DNA from: a virus
Reading direction: 5' to 3' (one strand)
Length of the DNA stretch: 64,000 bases
IMG/VR virus record: IMGVR_UViG_2029527005_000013
The notes below the pieces were generated by a model. That model was not told where the DNA came from. It did not search any database and saw only the letters and a list, made by a program, of their open reading frames with translations. Below, one piece after another: positions 18,636 to 28,073 of the stretch. Every line of letters starts with the position of its first letter. The stretch's first letter is position 1. Both the position numbers and the translations under genes were made by a program.

Positions 18636-19061
18636 ATGAGCAATACAAGAAAAGTTTACCCAGCAAAGCCTGAACCACGTGCCACACGTGCCCCAAGATA
18701 CGGGAGCGAGGGATGGCCCAAGGTCTCACCAGAGGAGCTTGCGATAGCTCGTGAGGTATTCTGGGACATTTTCATGGTCAAACACGAAGGTGACTGCTTC
18801 AATATGTTTGCAGCTAAACTCGGATCAGACCGTAACCGGGCGAAGCAGGTGTACTACTTCATCCTGTACCAGAAGGGCCTTATGCAGTACCAGCAGAACC
18901 AAGAGCGGAAAATTCGCGGTAAGTTGGTGACGAGAATCAAAAAGTACACAGAGTTCCTCGATAATCCCGAAACGATCTACCAGATCATGTGCCGGGCAGA
19001 GGACGAGGTGGAAGAGGATGATCGTAAACGTGCAATCACGGAGGCCCTGAAGAAGAAATGA
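18636..19061 (+). CDS. hypothetical protein
   Basis: GAGGAG RBS before ATG 18636. Confidence 0.75.
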   Translation: MSNTRKVYPAKPEPRATRAPRYGSEGWPKVSPEELAIAREVFWDIFMVKHEGDCFNMFAAKLGSDRNRAKQVYYFILYQKGLMQYQQNQERKIRGKLVTRIKKYTEFLDNPETIYQIMCRAEDEVEEDDRKRAITEALKKK

Positions 19062-19210
19062 TGATCGCACCTGAAACTTTTGTTATATTGTTCATTCTGG
19101 TTGCAATGGCGGGTTCCCGGTTCTATTATTGGACCGTGGTATTCTCCCTTGTGTATATTCTCGGAATCATGGTCTCCACGGAGATCTCCAAACTGATGGG
19201 GTGGTTATGA
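19058..19210 (+). CDS. small membrane protein (50 aa)
   Basis: Translated by hand; two hydrophobic helices; ATGA overlaps at both ends. Confidence 0.65.
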   Translation: MMIAPETFVILFILVAMAGSRFYYWTVVFSLVYILGIMVSTEISKLMGWL

Positions 19211-19503
19211 AGAAGTGGATTCTTATTGCGGCACTGGCCCTCGTTGGGTGCGATGAGGAGAAGGCCGGGGACATGTATACGGACCGTCCAACCTTGGCAC
19301 CAGACGAAGTGGTGGCCCTTCACAACGTGTGCAAGAGCCAACCTAACTATGACACTAGTTGGGTTGAAACTCGTACCCGTGGGGAGGCCAAGGGGGTTAT
19401 CTGCCGATACCGGGATGCAAACTACACCCGTGGTGTATCAACAACCTTCCGTCTCGATGCGGAAGACCTGAAAAAGAAACTTGATGCGAGGAAAGCAAAA
19501 TGA
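19207..19503 (+). CDS. lipoprotein
   Basis: MKKWILIAALALVG-C signal peptide II with lipobox. Confidence 0.8.
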   Translation: MKKWILIAALALVGCDEEKAGDMYTDRPTLAPDEVVALHNVCKSQPNYDTSWVETRTRGEAKGVICRYRDANYTRGVSTTFRLDAEDLKKKLDARKAK

Positions 19504-19850
19504 TAGACTTCATCTGGTCAACGTTTATGGCGCTGGCGTGGTTAGTGGTGGCGATATGGATGATCCCAACGATCATCGCATACAAACGTGACCACCGGAA
19601 CAAGACGGTGATCTTCGTTATGTCGATTATCATCTCTGTTCTGCCGACCACGGCGTTTATGGTCATCGGATACCTTATTCTCTTGGTATTCTCCATGTAC
19701 AGGTCACCAGAGGTGATGGTCGTGCAGGGTCCACGTGGAGAGCCGGGTGCGCCGGGCCGTGACGGAAGGGACGGAAAGGACGGTCGTAGAGGTAAGGATG
19801 CCGACGAAATCCCACTGTCTAAAAGCGGTGTCGTGAAGCCAAGAAAATAA
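19500..19850 (+). CDS. superinfection-immunity (T4 Imm-like) membrane protein with a short collagen-like tail
   Basis: IPTIIAYKRDHRNKTVIFVMSI matches the Imm-family pattern; GPRGEPGAPGRDGRDGKDGRRGKD. Confidence 0.65.
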   Translation: MIDFIWSTFMALAWLVVAIWMIPTIIAYKRDHRNKTVIFVMSIIISVLPTTAFMVIGYLILLVFSMYRSPEVMVVQGPRGEPGAPGRDGRDGKDGRRGKDADEIPLSKSGVVKPRK

Positions 19851-19878
19851 TTGATTTTGTACCGGGGCCATGTATAAT
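19851..19878 (+). promoter_or_regulatory. sigma70-type promoter
   Basis: TTGATT-N16-TATAAT. Confidence 0.7.
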
Positions 19879-19906
19879 GGTCCCACACTAAACTGATGAG
19901 GAAGAC

Positions 19907-20287
19907 ATGATGAGCATTTTCGATAACACTTTTGTTGAGCCGGGCTGGGAATGTGTTCAGGCAACAAAGAACATCACCCGTTCGGATGAGTACAAATACG
20001 TTAACCTGAACCTGATGTACGAATTGGACCACCGTCAAGTTGAAGTAGGGGCTACATACGCCATCAACGTCGGCGGTCAAATCTCTCGTGAGGTTCCGGT
20101 GAAGATGCTCATCAAGATGTACGATTTGTCAGGTGACCAAACGGTCAGTGATCCGGTGGTTCTCTTCAAGCGTTCACTCCGTGCTTTCCGCCCGGAAGAA
20201 ATGACTGAAGAGATGCTGAAGGATATTAAAATGGCGGACTTGATGTTCGATGAAGCGAACAAAGATGTCCAACGTGTTTATTTATAA
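19907..20287 (+). CDS. hypothetical protein
   Basis: GAGGA RBS; 126 aa. Confidence 0.75.
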   Translation: MMSIFDNTFVEPGWECVQATKNITRSDEYKYVNLNLMYELDHRQVEVGATYAINVGGQISREVPVKMLIKMYDLSGDQTVSDPVVLFKRSLRAFRPEEMTEEMLKDIKMADLMFDEANKDVQRVYL

Positions 20288-20298
20288 GGAGAGTTGAA

Positions 20299-20484
20299 AT
20301 GGGTAAGTTACTCGCAGGTCTGGGTCTGGGTTACATCGCCGTGTTCTTCGCATGTGTTGCTGCGTGGATCACTCACGTGGTTGTCTGCATTAAGGCTGCA
20401 TCTTGGATCTTCCTGCTCGCAGGCGCGATCTTCGCCCCAGTCGGCGTTATCCACGGCATCGGTGTCTGGTTCGGCGTTTTCTAA
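20299..20484 (+). CDS. small membrane protein
   Basis: AAGGAG RBS; two TM helices. Confidence 0.75.
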   Translation: MGKLLAGLGLGYIAVFFACVAAWITHVVVCIKAASWIFLLAGAIFAPVGVIHGIGVWFGVF

Positions 20485-20564
20485 GTTGCAATTCGCAGTA
20501 AATGTGGTAACCTGTTGTTCTGGCCTCAATAATGGGGCCTGTTAATCCCTCGAAGGAGAAGTGC

Positions 20565-21779
20565 ATGTCTGAAGAAGTTAAGGTAATCACCGCTGTCTAT
20601 GATGCTGTCAATGACACCAACATTCACATTGCGATGGGTACAATCGAGCGTATTAACCTGAAACGCATTAACGCAGACGGTAGCGCCAAGGTGACCAACA
20701 TCACCAAAGGCCCTAACGCCGGGAAGTCGATCAACGCAACTCACCGCGCTTCCATCCTGCTGAAGAACGGTAACGATCAGGTTTGGGTCAGCTTCGGCAC
20801 TCACGAAGTTAAGAACCTGGCCTACGAACATCAGTACCAGATCAAGGTCGATGACAAATGGACCGATCTGAAAGAAGGTATGGTGATTCGTGTTCCGGTT
20901 CAGATCCGCACCTGGAAAGATGCGAAGACTGGTGAAGACCGCTCTGCGCCGGAAGGCAAGAAAGCGAAGATCCAGATCAAAGACGCATCCGGTGCCCGTG
21001 AGTCGAACAAGCCCGCAGGAGGCTCTCAGCAGTCCTCTGGCGCGTCCAACGCTTCGGGTGGTAAAACCACTAAGGTTTACGGAGAAATCGTCTCTGTGGA
21101 TGGCCTACACGCTCTGGTGAAGGATGAACAGGGCAATGAAGTAAACTGTGTTCTGACCAAAGAGCAGTTCGACCAAATTCAGGTTGGCGGTCGCTTGGCA
21201 GGCCAGCGCGGTGAAGATGGAAACATCGTCTCCGGCTTCAAGGCTTATGGTCCAAAAGGTTCCGCTCCGGCGGGCGGCGGTTCTCGCAGTGGTGGCAAGA
21301 AAGACAACTCCGGTATGGAAACGGGCCATGCTCTGAACGGTGCCCTGAACCTGCGTCGTAGCGGTCTGACAGTCCCTCCGGTTGTTGAAGTCGCCAAAGT
21401 GGTTCATGATGTCACCAAGCATCTGAAGCTGGATGCGGCTCAGGACCCGGCGAACAAAGGTATGTCGGATTACGATCTGGGTGCGATGGTTGGTCATGCG
21501 GTACTGAACGCAACCCGTGACATTCAGGTTGGCGATAACGACAACCCGGAAGAGATCACTGGCAAGCTGTTGGCTTACGCTCGTGAACTGATGAGCACTG
21601 TGGTGCCGGGCGTAGCAGCTTATGTCAAAGGTGAAAGCCTCCAGACCGCTGCCGACTCCAAGCCTGATCCGGTGCTGGAGCCGAAGGTTGATGATGCCGT
21701 TCAGCAGCAAGTTCAGTCCAATGGTCATATTGACATGACCCCGGAAGCTATGGACTTCGACGACGACATCCCGTTCTAA
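20565..21779 (+). CDS. ssb: single-stranded DNA-binding protein (putative)
   Basis: Beta-rich domains separated by Gly/Ser linkers; C-terminus MDFDDDIPF; AAGGAG RBS before ATG 20565. Confidence 0.7.
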   Translation: MSEEVKVITAVYDAVNDTNIHIAMGTIERINLKRINADGSAKVTNITKGPNAGKSINATHRASILLKNGNDQVWVSFGTHEVKNLAYEHQYQIKVDDKWTDLKEGMVIRVPVQIRTWKDAKTGEDRSAPEGKKAKIQIKDASGARESNKPAGGSQQSSGASNASGGKTTKVYGEIVSVDGLHALVKDEQGNEVNCVLTKEQFDQIQVGGRLAGQRGEDGNIVSGFKAYGPKGSAPAGGGSRSGGKKDNSGMETGHALNGALNLRRSGLTVPPVVEVAKVVHDVTKHLKLDAAQDPANKGMSDYDLGAMVGHAVLNATRDIQVGDNDNPEEITGKLLAYARELMSTVVPGVAAYVKGESLQTAADSKPDPVLEPKVDDAVQQQVQSNGHIDMTPEAMDFDDDIPF

Positions 21780-21796
21780 GTTGTTGTAATAAAAGA

Positions 21797-21824
21797 AAAG
21801 GCACCCGATTGGGTGCCTTTTTTA
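21797..21824. terminator. bidirectional rho-independent terminator at the convergence of the two gene blocks
   Basis: A-tract, GGCACCC-GATT-GGGTGCC, T-tract. Confidence 0.9.
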
Positions 21825-23126
21825 TTAGCCGAAATCCGGCATCTCGTATGGTCCACTAAGGTTGTACCCAGGGCCGTAGTCTTGGTTTCCGCCGTTGGCT
21901 GGGAAGCCGGGAGGATACATGGCTGGGTTAGAGACTCCCAAGCCAGTAAAGTACAACTTTCCGGTTTTGGTCAGCAACAAGTTCCTTTGAGAACGGTCGC
22001 CGCCTGCATGAGGGACAACAATATCGAGACCGCCTTCGTCGATAAGGATCTGAGCAATATTGGTCAGCGCATTACAGTTCTTGGAGTAAGTGGTTCCGTT
22101 TGCCAATGTGTAAACAGACCCTTGGTCACCTGTTGACTGGTGTACCCCAAGGTTTTCGTTCTCCACGAAGACTTGGTGACGGATGTACCAGTTTCGGTCG
22201 AGGTTCGTCGCATTAAACCCATACGCCTCTCCCGGAAGAACCTTGGAAAACGGAGGGATTGTTGATGCCTTCATCACGTTGGTGGTTGATGATCCAGAGG
22301 AAGAGTTACCAAGACCTGTGTTTTGTGTCCCGGATACCCACCACGTCCCGTCCTCTTTCCTCGCAACGATCAGGGTGTGCCTCTCTGTTGACGACCCTTG
22401 GTTTGTCAACCGACGAGATTGCAGGATATACGCCTCGTCATAACCCGCAGTACAATCCCTTACCTGTTTCCATCTTGTAGTCAACCAGCTTGTCCCGGTG
22501 GCCCCTGTTCCATCCATCGCAAATCCCATCCCGTTATACCCTTGGGCATACACCGCCCCCGTGGTTGAGATAAGGATCTTGTTCTCTGCGTCGTTGGAAA
22601 CAAAGAGGTATTTGAACAAAGTCCCTGCGGGAATGCCGAGGGATGGGGTCGGAACCATCTCTGTGAACACATCCCCGGAATATGTGTAGACTTTTCCGTC
22701 AGAACAGAGTACCATCCCCTGAGAGAATGAGATCATGTTGTCAAAGACGCTGTATCCGTTCAGGTTGTACCAAGCGGGATCGATGAGACGCCAATCATTC
22801 TGGGTATCTGCATCCTGTGACCCGGGGAATCCGTTGTACTGTCCGGTGGAGTAGAAAGATGATCCTTTTCGGATAAGGAACCCATTGGACACGCCAGGGT
22901 AGATCTGATCGACGCCTGTGTTTGTGAGTGTCCACCCTGAAGGGGCCACATTTGCCCCGTTGGCTCTCCCCAATCCGTTACCAGATGCGCCGCCCATAAC
23001 ATACAGGTCACCATTGTGACCGAGGGCAAAGTAGCACTGGGTCCCTGAGCCAAGGAATTGCTTCAGACCTTTTTCGACTGGTGGCGTACCGCCCCCGGCA
23101 AAGTTGATAATCGCAAATGGATACAT
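21825..23126 (-). CDS. tail-fibre-associated receptor-binding protein with RCC1/BLIP-II-like repeats
   Basis: FALGHNGDLYVMGG..GNGLG, ILISTTGAVYAQGYNG and LLLTKTGKLYFTG repeats; follows the long fibre gene. Confidence 0.7.
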   Translation of the reverse strand: MYPFAIINFAGGGTPPVEKGLKQFLGSGTQCYFALGHNGDLYVMGGASGNGLGRANGANVAPSGWTLTNTGVDQIYPGVSNGFLIRKGSSFYSTGQYNGFPGSQDADTQNDWRLIDPAWYNLNGYSVFDNMISFSQGMVLCSDGKVYTYSGDVFTEMVPTPSLGIPAGTLFKYLFVSNDAENKILISTTGAVYAQGYNGMGFAMDGTGATGTSWLTTRWKQVRDCTAGYDEAYILQSRRLTNQGSSTERHTLIVARKEDGTWWVSGTQNTGLGNSSSGSSTTNVMKASTIPPFSKVLPGEAYGFNATNLDRNWYIRHQVFVENENLGVHQSTGDQGSVYTLANGTTYSKNCNALTNIAQILIDEGGLDIVVPHAGGDRSQRNLLLTKTGKLYFTGLGVSNPAMYPPGFPANGGNQDYGPGYNLSGPYEMPDFG

Positions 23127-23135
23127 CGTACCTCC

Positions 23136-23163
23136 AAAAAAGAAAAGGCCCCGAAGGGCCTTA
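23136..23163 (-). terminator. rho-independent terminator
   Basis: GGCCC-TTCG-GGGCC followed by a T-tract on the minus strand. Confidence 0.8.
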
Positions 23164-23165
23164 TA

Positions 23166-26100
23166 TTATGCTCGTTCGGCAATGAACACGTCGATCACGT
23201 TACCGATGCCACGGTAGACCATGTTGCAGATCGTCAGTGCATCCGCCGCCGGGTTTACCACCTTGGCCCCATGTACGAAGAAATCCCCACTGAAGGTTAC
23301 CGGGTGACCAGTACCGTCTTGGGTTACATACAGGAAGAAGGTTTCCGCCTTGCCACCCGTCAGGAGGCCAGCAGGGGCCTTGATCTCGGTGTCAGCAGTG
23401 ATGTTGACGTTGTACACGCTTGCCGTGCCGTCAGGGGTATACGCAGCCGTCGCTACGGTATCTGATTTAGGAACAACCGACATCTTGCTCGCAGAGATTG
23501 ACCCGGTAGACACAGAGTCACAGGTCAAGTCTTTGATGTTTACAGGTTGCTCCGGTACATTCAGTGTACCAGTAACGGTCAGGTTTGTAAAGTTCCCGTT
23601 AGTCCCAACCACATCCGTTGCGGTTACTTTAGCCGGGTTGATTTCCTTGCCCGACAAGTTCAGGTCGCCAGAGATGGAACCACCCACACGCAGATCACCG
23701 CCGACAACCAAGTCTTCTTCGACCTTTGCATCACTCAGAGACTGGAGGCCGATTGCACCCGGTGAGCTTCCGCCACCGAACACACCGTTGGACCCAGTAA
23801 CTGTTGCACTGGCTGTCAGGTTACGAACACGGGTGTCTTCCGTGGTCTGGAGGTTCTTCATCACGATGTTTTGTGCTGAGAGGTCAACAGCCCCGGTAAT
23901 GGTCCCGGATACGTTCAGAGAGCCTTGGATGTCGCCATCACCTTCCAAGTTGAACCGGAGGTTATCCGTTCCTGCTCGGCGCTTGATGGTCAGACCTTCG
24001 ACCGTCGCTTCTGTGCCCGTCAATGGTCCAGACAGTCGAACTTCACCCGCATTGGTCAGCCCAGTAACTGTCAGGGTGTTCAGTGCAGAGTGGTTGGTTA
24101 CCGCCAGGCTGTCGCCAAGCAACTCCCCGGTAGACTGAACACTTGGGGCCTGAACACTAACATCCGCCACAACGGAGCGTGGTTCGATGTTCTTGCCTTT
24201 GATGCTCTCCACTGAACCGATGGCATTGCCACTGGCATCCGTAAGCGCACCGTTGACCTGGACATCGTTAAACGTCGCCTTTCCTTGCGGGGCCGTGATG
24301 TCGCCGAGGGTAACGGTCAGGCCGTTTCTCAACTCCAAAGCACCCTTCATCAGAGAGGTCTGTTCAACTTCCAGTGTTTTGGTCTTGACAGAGGTCGCAG
24401 ACTGAACACTGTTCGGCAGGATGTCTTTCCCAGTAACGTCGAAGGTGTTGATCGGGTTACCATCGGCATCGAGGATCTGTCCGGTGACTTGGATGTCCTT
24501 GGTGGTGATCTTCTCGCCGTTCGTGATATTGTCAGTCGCCACGTCCCCAAAGGCTGACGGGTCGGTTGCGCCGATTGACTTAACGGTGATGTTCTTTTGA
24601 GATAGATCGATGTCCAGCCCGGTAACAGTTCCAGTGAAATCAACGTCTCCGAGGGTGGTCTTTCCAGTTACGGAGAGAGTCCCACCAACATCTGCATTGC
24701 CGCCAACAGAGACTTTCCCGGTAGTCACAACGGACTTCGGCAGGATGTCTTTGCCAGTCACATCAGCAGTGACGCCCGTGGTCGTTCCGGTAACTTCGAG
24801 GTTGACAACCTTAGTTGTTCCGGTAGACTGGGTGATGTTTCCATTGACAACGAGGCTGTCTGCTTCAATCGCGCCAGTGTCGATAGACGCCGGGCGGAAG
24901 TCTCCAGTAACACTCAGGTTGCCACCAATGGTTGCAGCGCCAGTGGTAGTCAGGGTAGATCCCTTAATGACACCAGTCTCTACGCTCAACGGCTTGATTG
25001 GCTTACCTTCCACGTCGGCGGTAACGCCAGTGGTTGTGCCAGTGACCACGAGGTCCTTGATCGTTGCAGTCTTCGCCACGTTGATGTTGTCAACGCTCAG
25101 GTCAGACCCAGACAAGTCGAGGTTGGCAGTCAGAGTTCCCAGAACCTCAAGGTCTTGGGTAACGATCTTCCCGGTTGCTGTGGTGGTGCCAGAGATCTGA
25201 ACATCGCCAGTGGCGATCAGATTACCAGTCTTCACAGAACGAGGGTTGATGTCTTTCCCGTCAACACTGATAGCAACACCCGTCAGAGTTCCAGAGACAT
25301 CCAGGTTCTTGACCTTGGTATCACCAGTTACGTTCAGCTTGCCAGTCAGGGCAGTGTCTTTACCAACCGTCAGCCCCTCGTCCACAGCAACGCTGCGAGG
25401 ATGGATGTCGAGACCGTCAACGTCAGCCTTCACTCCCTCGATCTTATCGGTAACACGCAGTGTACCAATTTCTGCAATCCCGTCAACGATCAATTGCGGG
25501 CGGTCTGCGGAGTTACGGTTGTTACCTTCCAGGTGGAGGTAATCACCACGCATGTAGCCGTCAACGTCGAGGGAGTCGTTAGCCACAGCCACGTCGCCCA
25601 TCTTGACTTTACCGAGAGTCGCTTCATCGGCAGTCAAAGTTCCTGTTGACACAGTGTACGGACGCAGGTTAGTCTTGGTCTTGACCCCCACTGGTGGAGT
25701 CCCGTTCTGCTCGAAAGCGATCTCGGTGGCAGCGCCCTGTCCGATACCCACGATACGAATACGGCGGAAAGTCGCTTCAGTCGTCGGGGCAGACAGCTTG
25801 TCACTATTGACAATAAACTCGCCGGAGACGTACAGGTTGTTCAGAACAGAGTCCTTACGGACAGTGATGTTCTCGAACTCTCCCTGTGTTGAAGAGATGA
25901 TCAGGTCCTTCAGTTCCTGCATCTCACGCTGAACCCACCCAGTGGTTGGGATCGTGCTTGAGTTGTCGCCCGGTGCCGGGGACGGAACGCGAGGGTTGCC
26001 TTTGAAGTTTGGAGAAACGATTGGGGCGTAAATGTCAGCGATGTTGCTCTTGTCGAGGAATACCTTGAACTTCCCATCGTTGATCGGGCTGTCACGCATG

Positions 26101-26417
26101 ACCACCGGAGAACTCACGGTAGCGCCTGGCGCATACCACCAAGTTGTGTTCCCGCTAACATCCGTGAAGGAGTAAAGCTGGTTGAACTCAGTGACAGAAG
26201 ATCCGTTCTTCCACGGCAGAGGTGGAGTTTTGAAATACAGGTTGTCCAAGAACGCTTTGCGGATAGACGGGATCAAACTCCCGTCCTCCGTTACCGCCTG
26301 CTCGGTCCCCGTACCGTTCACAACCAAGTGCAGACGCTTGGAGTCGATGATGATCTGATCGACGGCCTTGTCCGCTTCTGTGCTCAGAAGTGCAATGATG
26401 TCGGTATTGGATGACAC
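23166..26417 (-). CDS. long tail fibre protein
   Basis: 1083 aa; N-terminal baseplate-attachment-like region (LYFKTPPLPWKNG); beta-repeat shaft; C-terminal beta-sandwich. Confidence 0.85.
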   Translation of the reverse strand: MSSNTDIIALLSTEADKAVDQIIIDSKRLHLVVNGTGTEQAVTEDGSLIPSIRKAFLDNLYFKTPPLPWKNGSSVTEFNQLYSFTDVSGNTTWWYAPGATVSSPVVMRDSPINDGKFKVFLDKSNIADIYAPIVSPNFKGNPRVPSPAPGDNSSTIPTTGWVQREMQELKDLIISSTQGEFENITVRKDSVLNNLYVSGEFIVNSDKLSAPTTEATFRRIRIVGIGQGAATEIAFEQNGTPPVGVKTKTNLRPYTVSTGTLTADEATLGKVKMGDVAVANDSLDVDGYMRGDYLHLEGNNRNSADRPQLIVDGIAEIGTLRVTDKIEGVKADVDGLDIHPRSVAVDEGLTVGKDTALTGKLNVTGDTKVKNLDVSGTLTGVAISVDGKDINPRSVKTGNLIATGDVQISGTTTATGKIVTQDLEVLGTLTANLDLSGSDLSVDNINVAKTATIKDLVVTGTTTGVTADVEGKPIKPLSVETGVIKGSTLTTTGAATIGGNLSVTGDFRPASIDTGAIEADSLVVNGNITQSTGTTKVVNLEVTGTTTGVTADVTGKDILPKSVVTTGKVSVGGNADVGGTLSVTGKTTLGDVDFTGTVTGLDIDLSQKNITVKSIGATDPSAFGDVATDNITNGEKITTKDIQVTGQILDADGNPINTFDVTGKDILPNSVQSATSVKTKTLEVEQTSLMKGALELRNGLTVTLGDITAPQGKATFNDVQVNGALTDASGNAIGSVESIKGKNIEPRSVVADVSVQAPSVQSTGELLGDSLAVTNHSALNTLTVTGLTNAGEVRLSGPLTGTEATVEGLTIKRRAGTDNLRFNLEGDGDIQGSLNVSGTITGAVDLSAQNIVMKNLQTTEDTRVRNLTASATVTGSNGVFGGGSSPGAIGLQSLSDAKVEEDLVVGGDLRVGGSISGDLNLSGKEINPAKVTATDVVGTNGNFTNLTVTGTLNVPEQPVNIKDLTCDSVSTGSISASKMSVVPKSDTVATAAYTPDGTASVYNVNITADTEIKAPAGLLTGGKAETFFLYVTQDGTGHPVTFSGDFFVHGAKVVNPAADALTICNMVYRGIGNVIDVFIAERA
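23560..25440 (-). repeat. about ten degenerate shaft repeats, roughly 60-75 aa apart (e.g. ADVDGLDIHPRSV, ISVDGKDINPRSV, ADVEGKPIKPLSV, ADVTGKDILPKSV, FDVTGKDILPNSV)
   Basis: Read directly from the translation. Confidence 0.8.
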
Positions 26418-26429
26418 ATGAATCTCCTC

Positions 26430-26693
26430 TTATTTAGATTCTTCGTCGGAAGGATTATCCTTTTTGAGAGCCGTCAGGCCCCAACGAAGGTTAATGAGGT
26501 CACTGATAAGGTGAGGTGCCACAACCGTAGGGGCGTAAACCCACACGTACCACTCGGGGAGAGTGTTGTTGAAGCCATACCAGAGGAATACAGCCGTCAT
26601 AGCGCCCATGCCAACGTTGGACCAGAACTTCGTGTGGGAAGCCTTGCCCGGTTCTGCTTGGGACGTTACGAGGTCTTTCAGGAATTTTAGCAT
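26430..26693 (-). CDS. putative holin-like membrane protein
   Basis: 87 aa; two TM segments; charged C-terminus; LVTS...GKASHTKFW pattern. Confidence 0.55.
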   Translation of the reverse strand: MLKFLKDLVTSQAEPGKASHTKFWSNVGMGAMTAVFLWYGFNNTLPEWYVWVYAPTVVAPHLISDLINLRWGLTALKKDNPSDEESK

Positions 26694-26716
26694 AGAACAC
26701 CTTCAATATCAATGTG

Positions 26717-27178
26717 TCAGACCAAATGGGCAGCAAGCACAAGTGCAAGTACAGTTCCTGTCCTGAACCACTCGGCTACTTTGTTGTCCTTCCAGGCATA
26801 CACGAAGATAAACATCTCGATGAAGTATCTATGAGCGTCCTGTACGGCGAAGGTATAAATCCAATCCGGGAAAAGGTATGGATATTGGATTGCGAATACT
26901 TGTACCAGCATGAGTGGAATACTCAGGGCCACAACGGCAATTTGGCGCTTGCCACGGATGCAGCACCCGACGACAAATAAAAGTATTGAATCCAATGCCC
27001 ATGCTGTGGTAAAGTACAGCGTAATGTCAAAGACCGCTGCCTGTGCATAGAACCAGAAGATGACGTGTTCCAGAAAAAGGTAAGCGAGGCATAGCCCCGC
27101 CATTACCTTAACTCCAACGTCCTTTCGGGTAGCCAGAATGACAAAGCAGAGTCCATAGAAAATGGACACGATCATCAT
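26717..27178 (-). CDS. multi-pass membrane protein
   Basis: 153 aa, about five hydrophobic segments. Confidence 0.8.
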   Translation of the reverse strand: MMIVSIFYGLCFVILATRKDVGVKVMAGLCLAYLFLEHVIFWFYAQAAVFDITLYFTTAWALDSILLFVVGCCIRGKRQIAVVALSIPLMLVQVFAIQYPYLFPDWIYTFAVQDAHRYFIEMFIFVYAWKDNKVAEWFRTGTVLALVLAAHLV

Positions 27179-27513
27179 TTGTTGTGGCGACCCTCGATCA
27201 TTGCATTGAGGACCTGACGGATGTCCTTTTGGAGGGCGTTGTTCTCTTCCTTGGCTTCCTTACGCATGTCGCCAATGTCAGAGCGGATGTCCTGAATAGT
27301 GTCAGTGATATGCTTGAGCTTACGATCAAGGATGTCATCAATACTATCTTTGGTGACCATTTTCTCACGCAGACGGATGATGTCTTTTTCAAGTTCATCC
27401 TGGCGTTCCTGCATTTTCTTAAAGTCAGAATAGAAGATTTTGAGTACCCCCAACAGAAGGAATGTTACCAGACCCCAAAGGGATTTCAAAATCAACATAA
27501 TATCAAGAGCCAT
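27175..27513 (-). CDS. N-terminal TM plus coiled-coil protein (holin/antiholin-like)
   Basis: One TM segment followed by a charged heptad region; GGAG RBS. Confidence 0.7.
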   Translation of the reverse strand: MALDIMLILKSLWGLVTFLLLGVLKIFYSDFKKMQERQDELEKDIIRLREKMVTKDSIDDILDRKLKHITDTIQDIRSDIGDMRKEAKEENNALQKDIRQVLNAMIEGRHNK

Positions 27514-27552
27514 GTGTGTTCTCCTGAGCCGGGCAAATGCCCGGCCTATAAG

Positions 27553-28068
27553 TTATGCAGAAGTGAACTCTGACCAGTCAACGTCGCCCGGAGGCGTATC
27601 GTCGGAGATCCGCATGAGTTTCAGACTGAGTTTACGGAGAGCGTTGTATTTCTCAACTTCCTCTTCCGTAGCCTCCCCGAGTTCAACAGCGCCAGCCAGA
27701 ATGCCGATCGGAACTGACAGTCCCTTCAGGCTCGAAGCCTTGCGGCGGGCGGTGCTTACAGCCAAGTCAATATCTACCTTGACTACTTTCTTACCATCAA
27801 ACTTCCAAGGGCCTGACGCGATGTCGAAGTCCTTTGGAATGCTGTTGATGTCGATGATTGACAGACCCAATGGGTAAGTCATGGTCACATCTTCGGATTT
27901 CACGAGGAAACGGACCATATTGTGATCATCGAAAAGTACCACATATTTCTTAGTGAACAACTCGCGGCTTTCGTAAAAGTCTCGGCCCTTGTCATCACAG
28001 AAATACTGGACACCCTCCCCGAAGGCCGGAGCCTCCGGGATATAGTGTTTGAAGCTGTTCATACGCAT
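27553..28068 (-). CDS. tail fibre assembly chaperone
   Basis: YFCDDKGRDFYE...WKFDGKKVV...LGEATEEE..KYNALRK Tfa-like pattern; directly after a fibre gene. Confidence 0.85.
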   Translation of the reverse strand: MRMNSFKHYIPEAPAFGEGVQYFCDDKGRDFYESRELFTKKYVVLFDDHNMVRFLVKSEDVTMTYPLGLSIIDINSIPKDFDIASGPWKFDGKKVVKVDIDLAVSTARRKASSLKGLSVPIGILAGAVELGEATEEEVEKYNALRKLSLKLMRISDDTPPGDVDWSEFTSA

Positions 28069-28073
28069 GTCGA

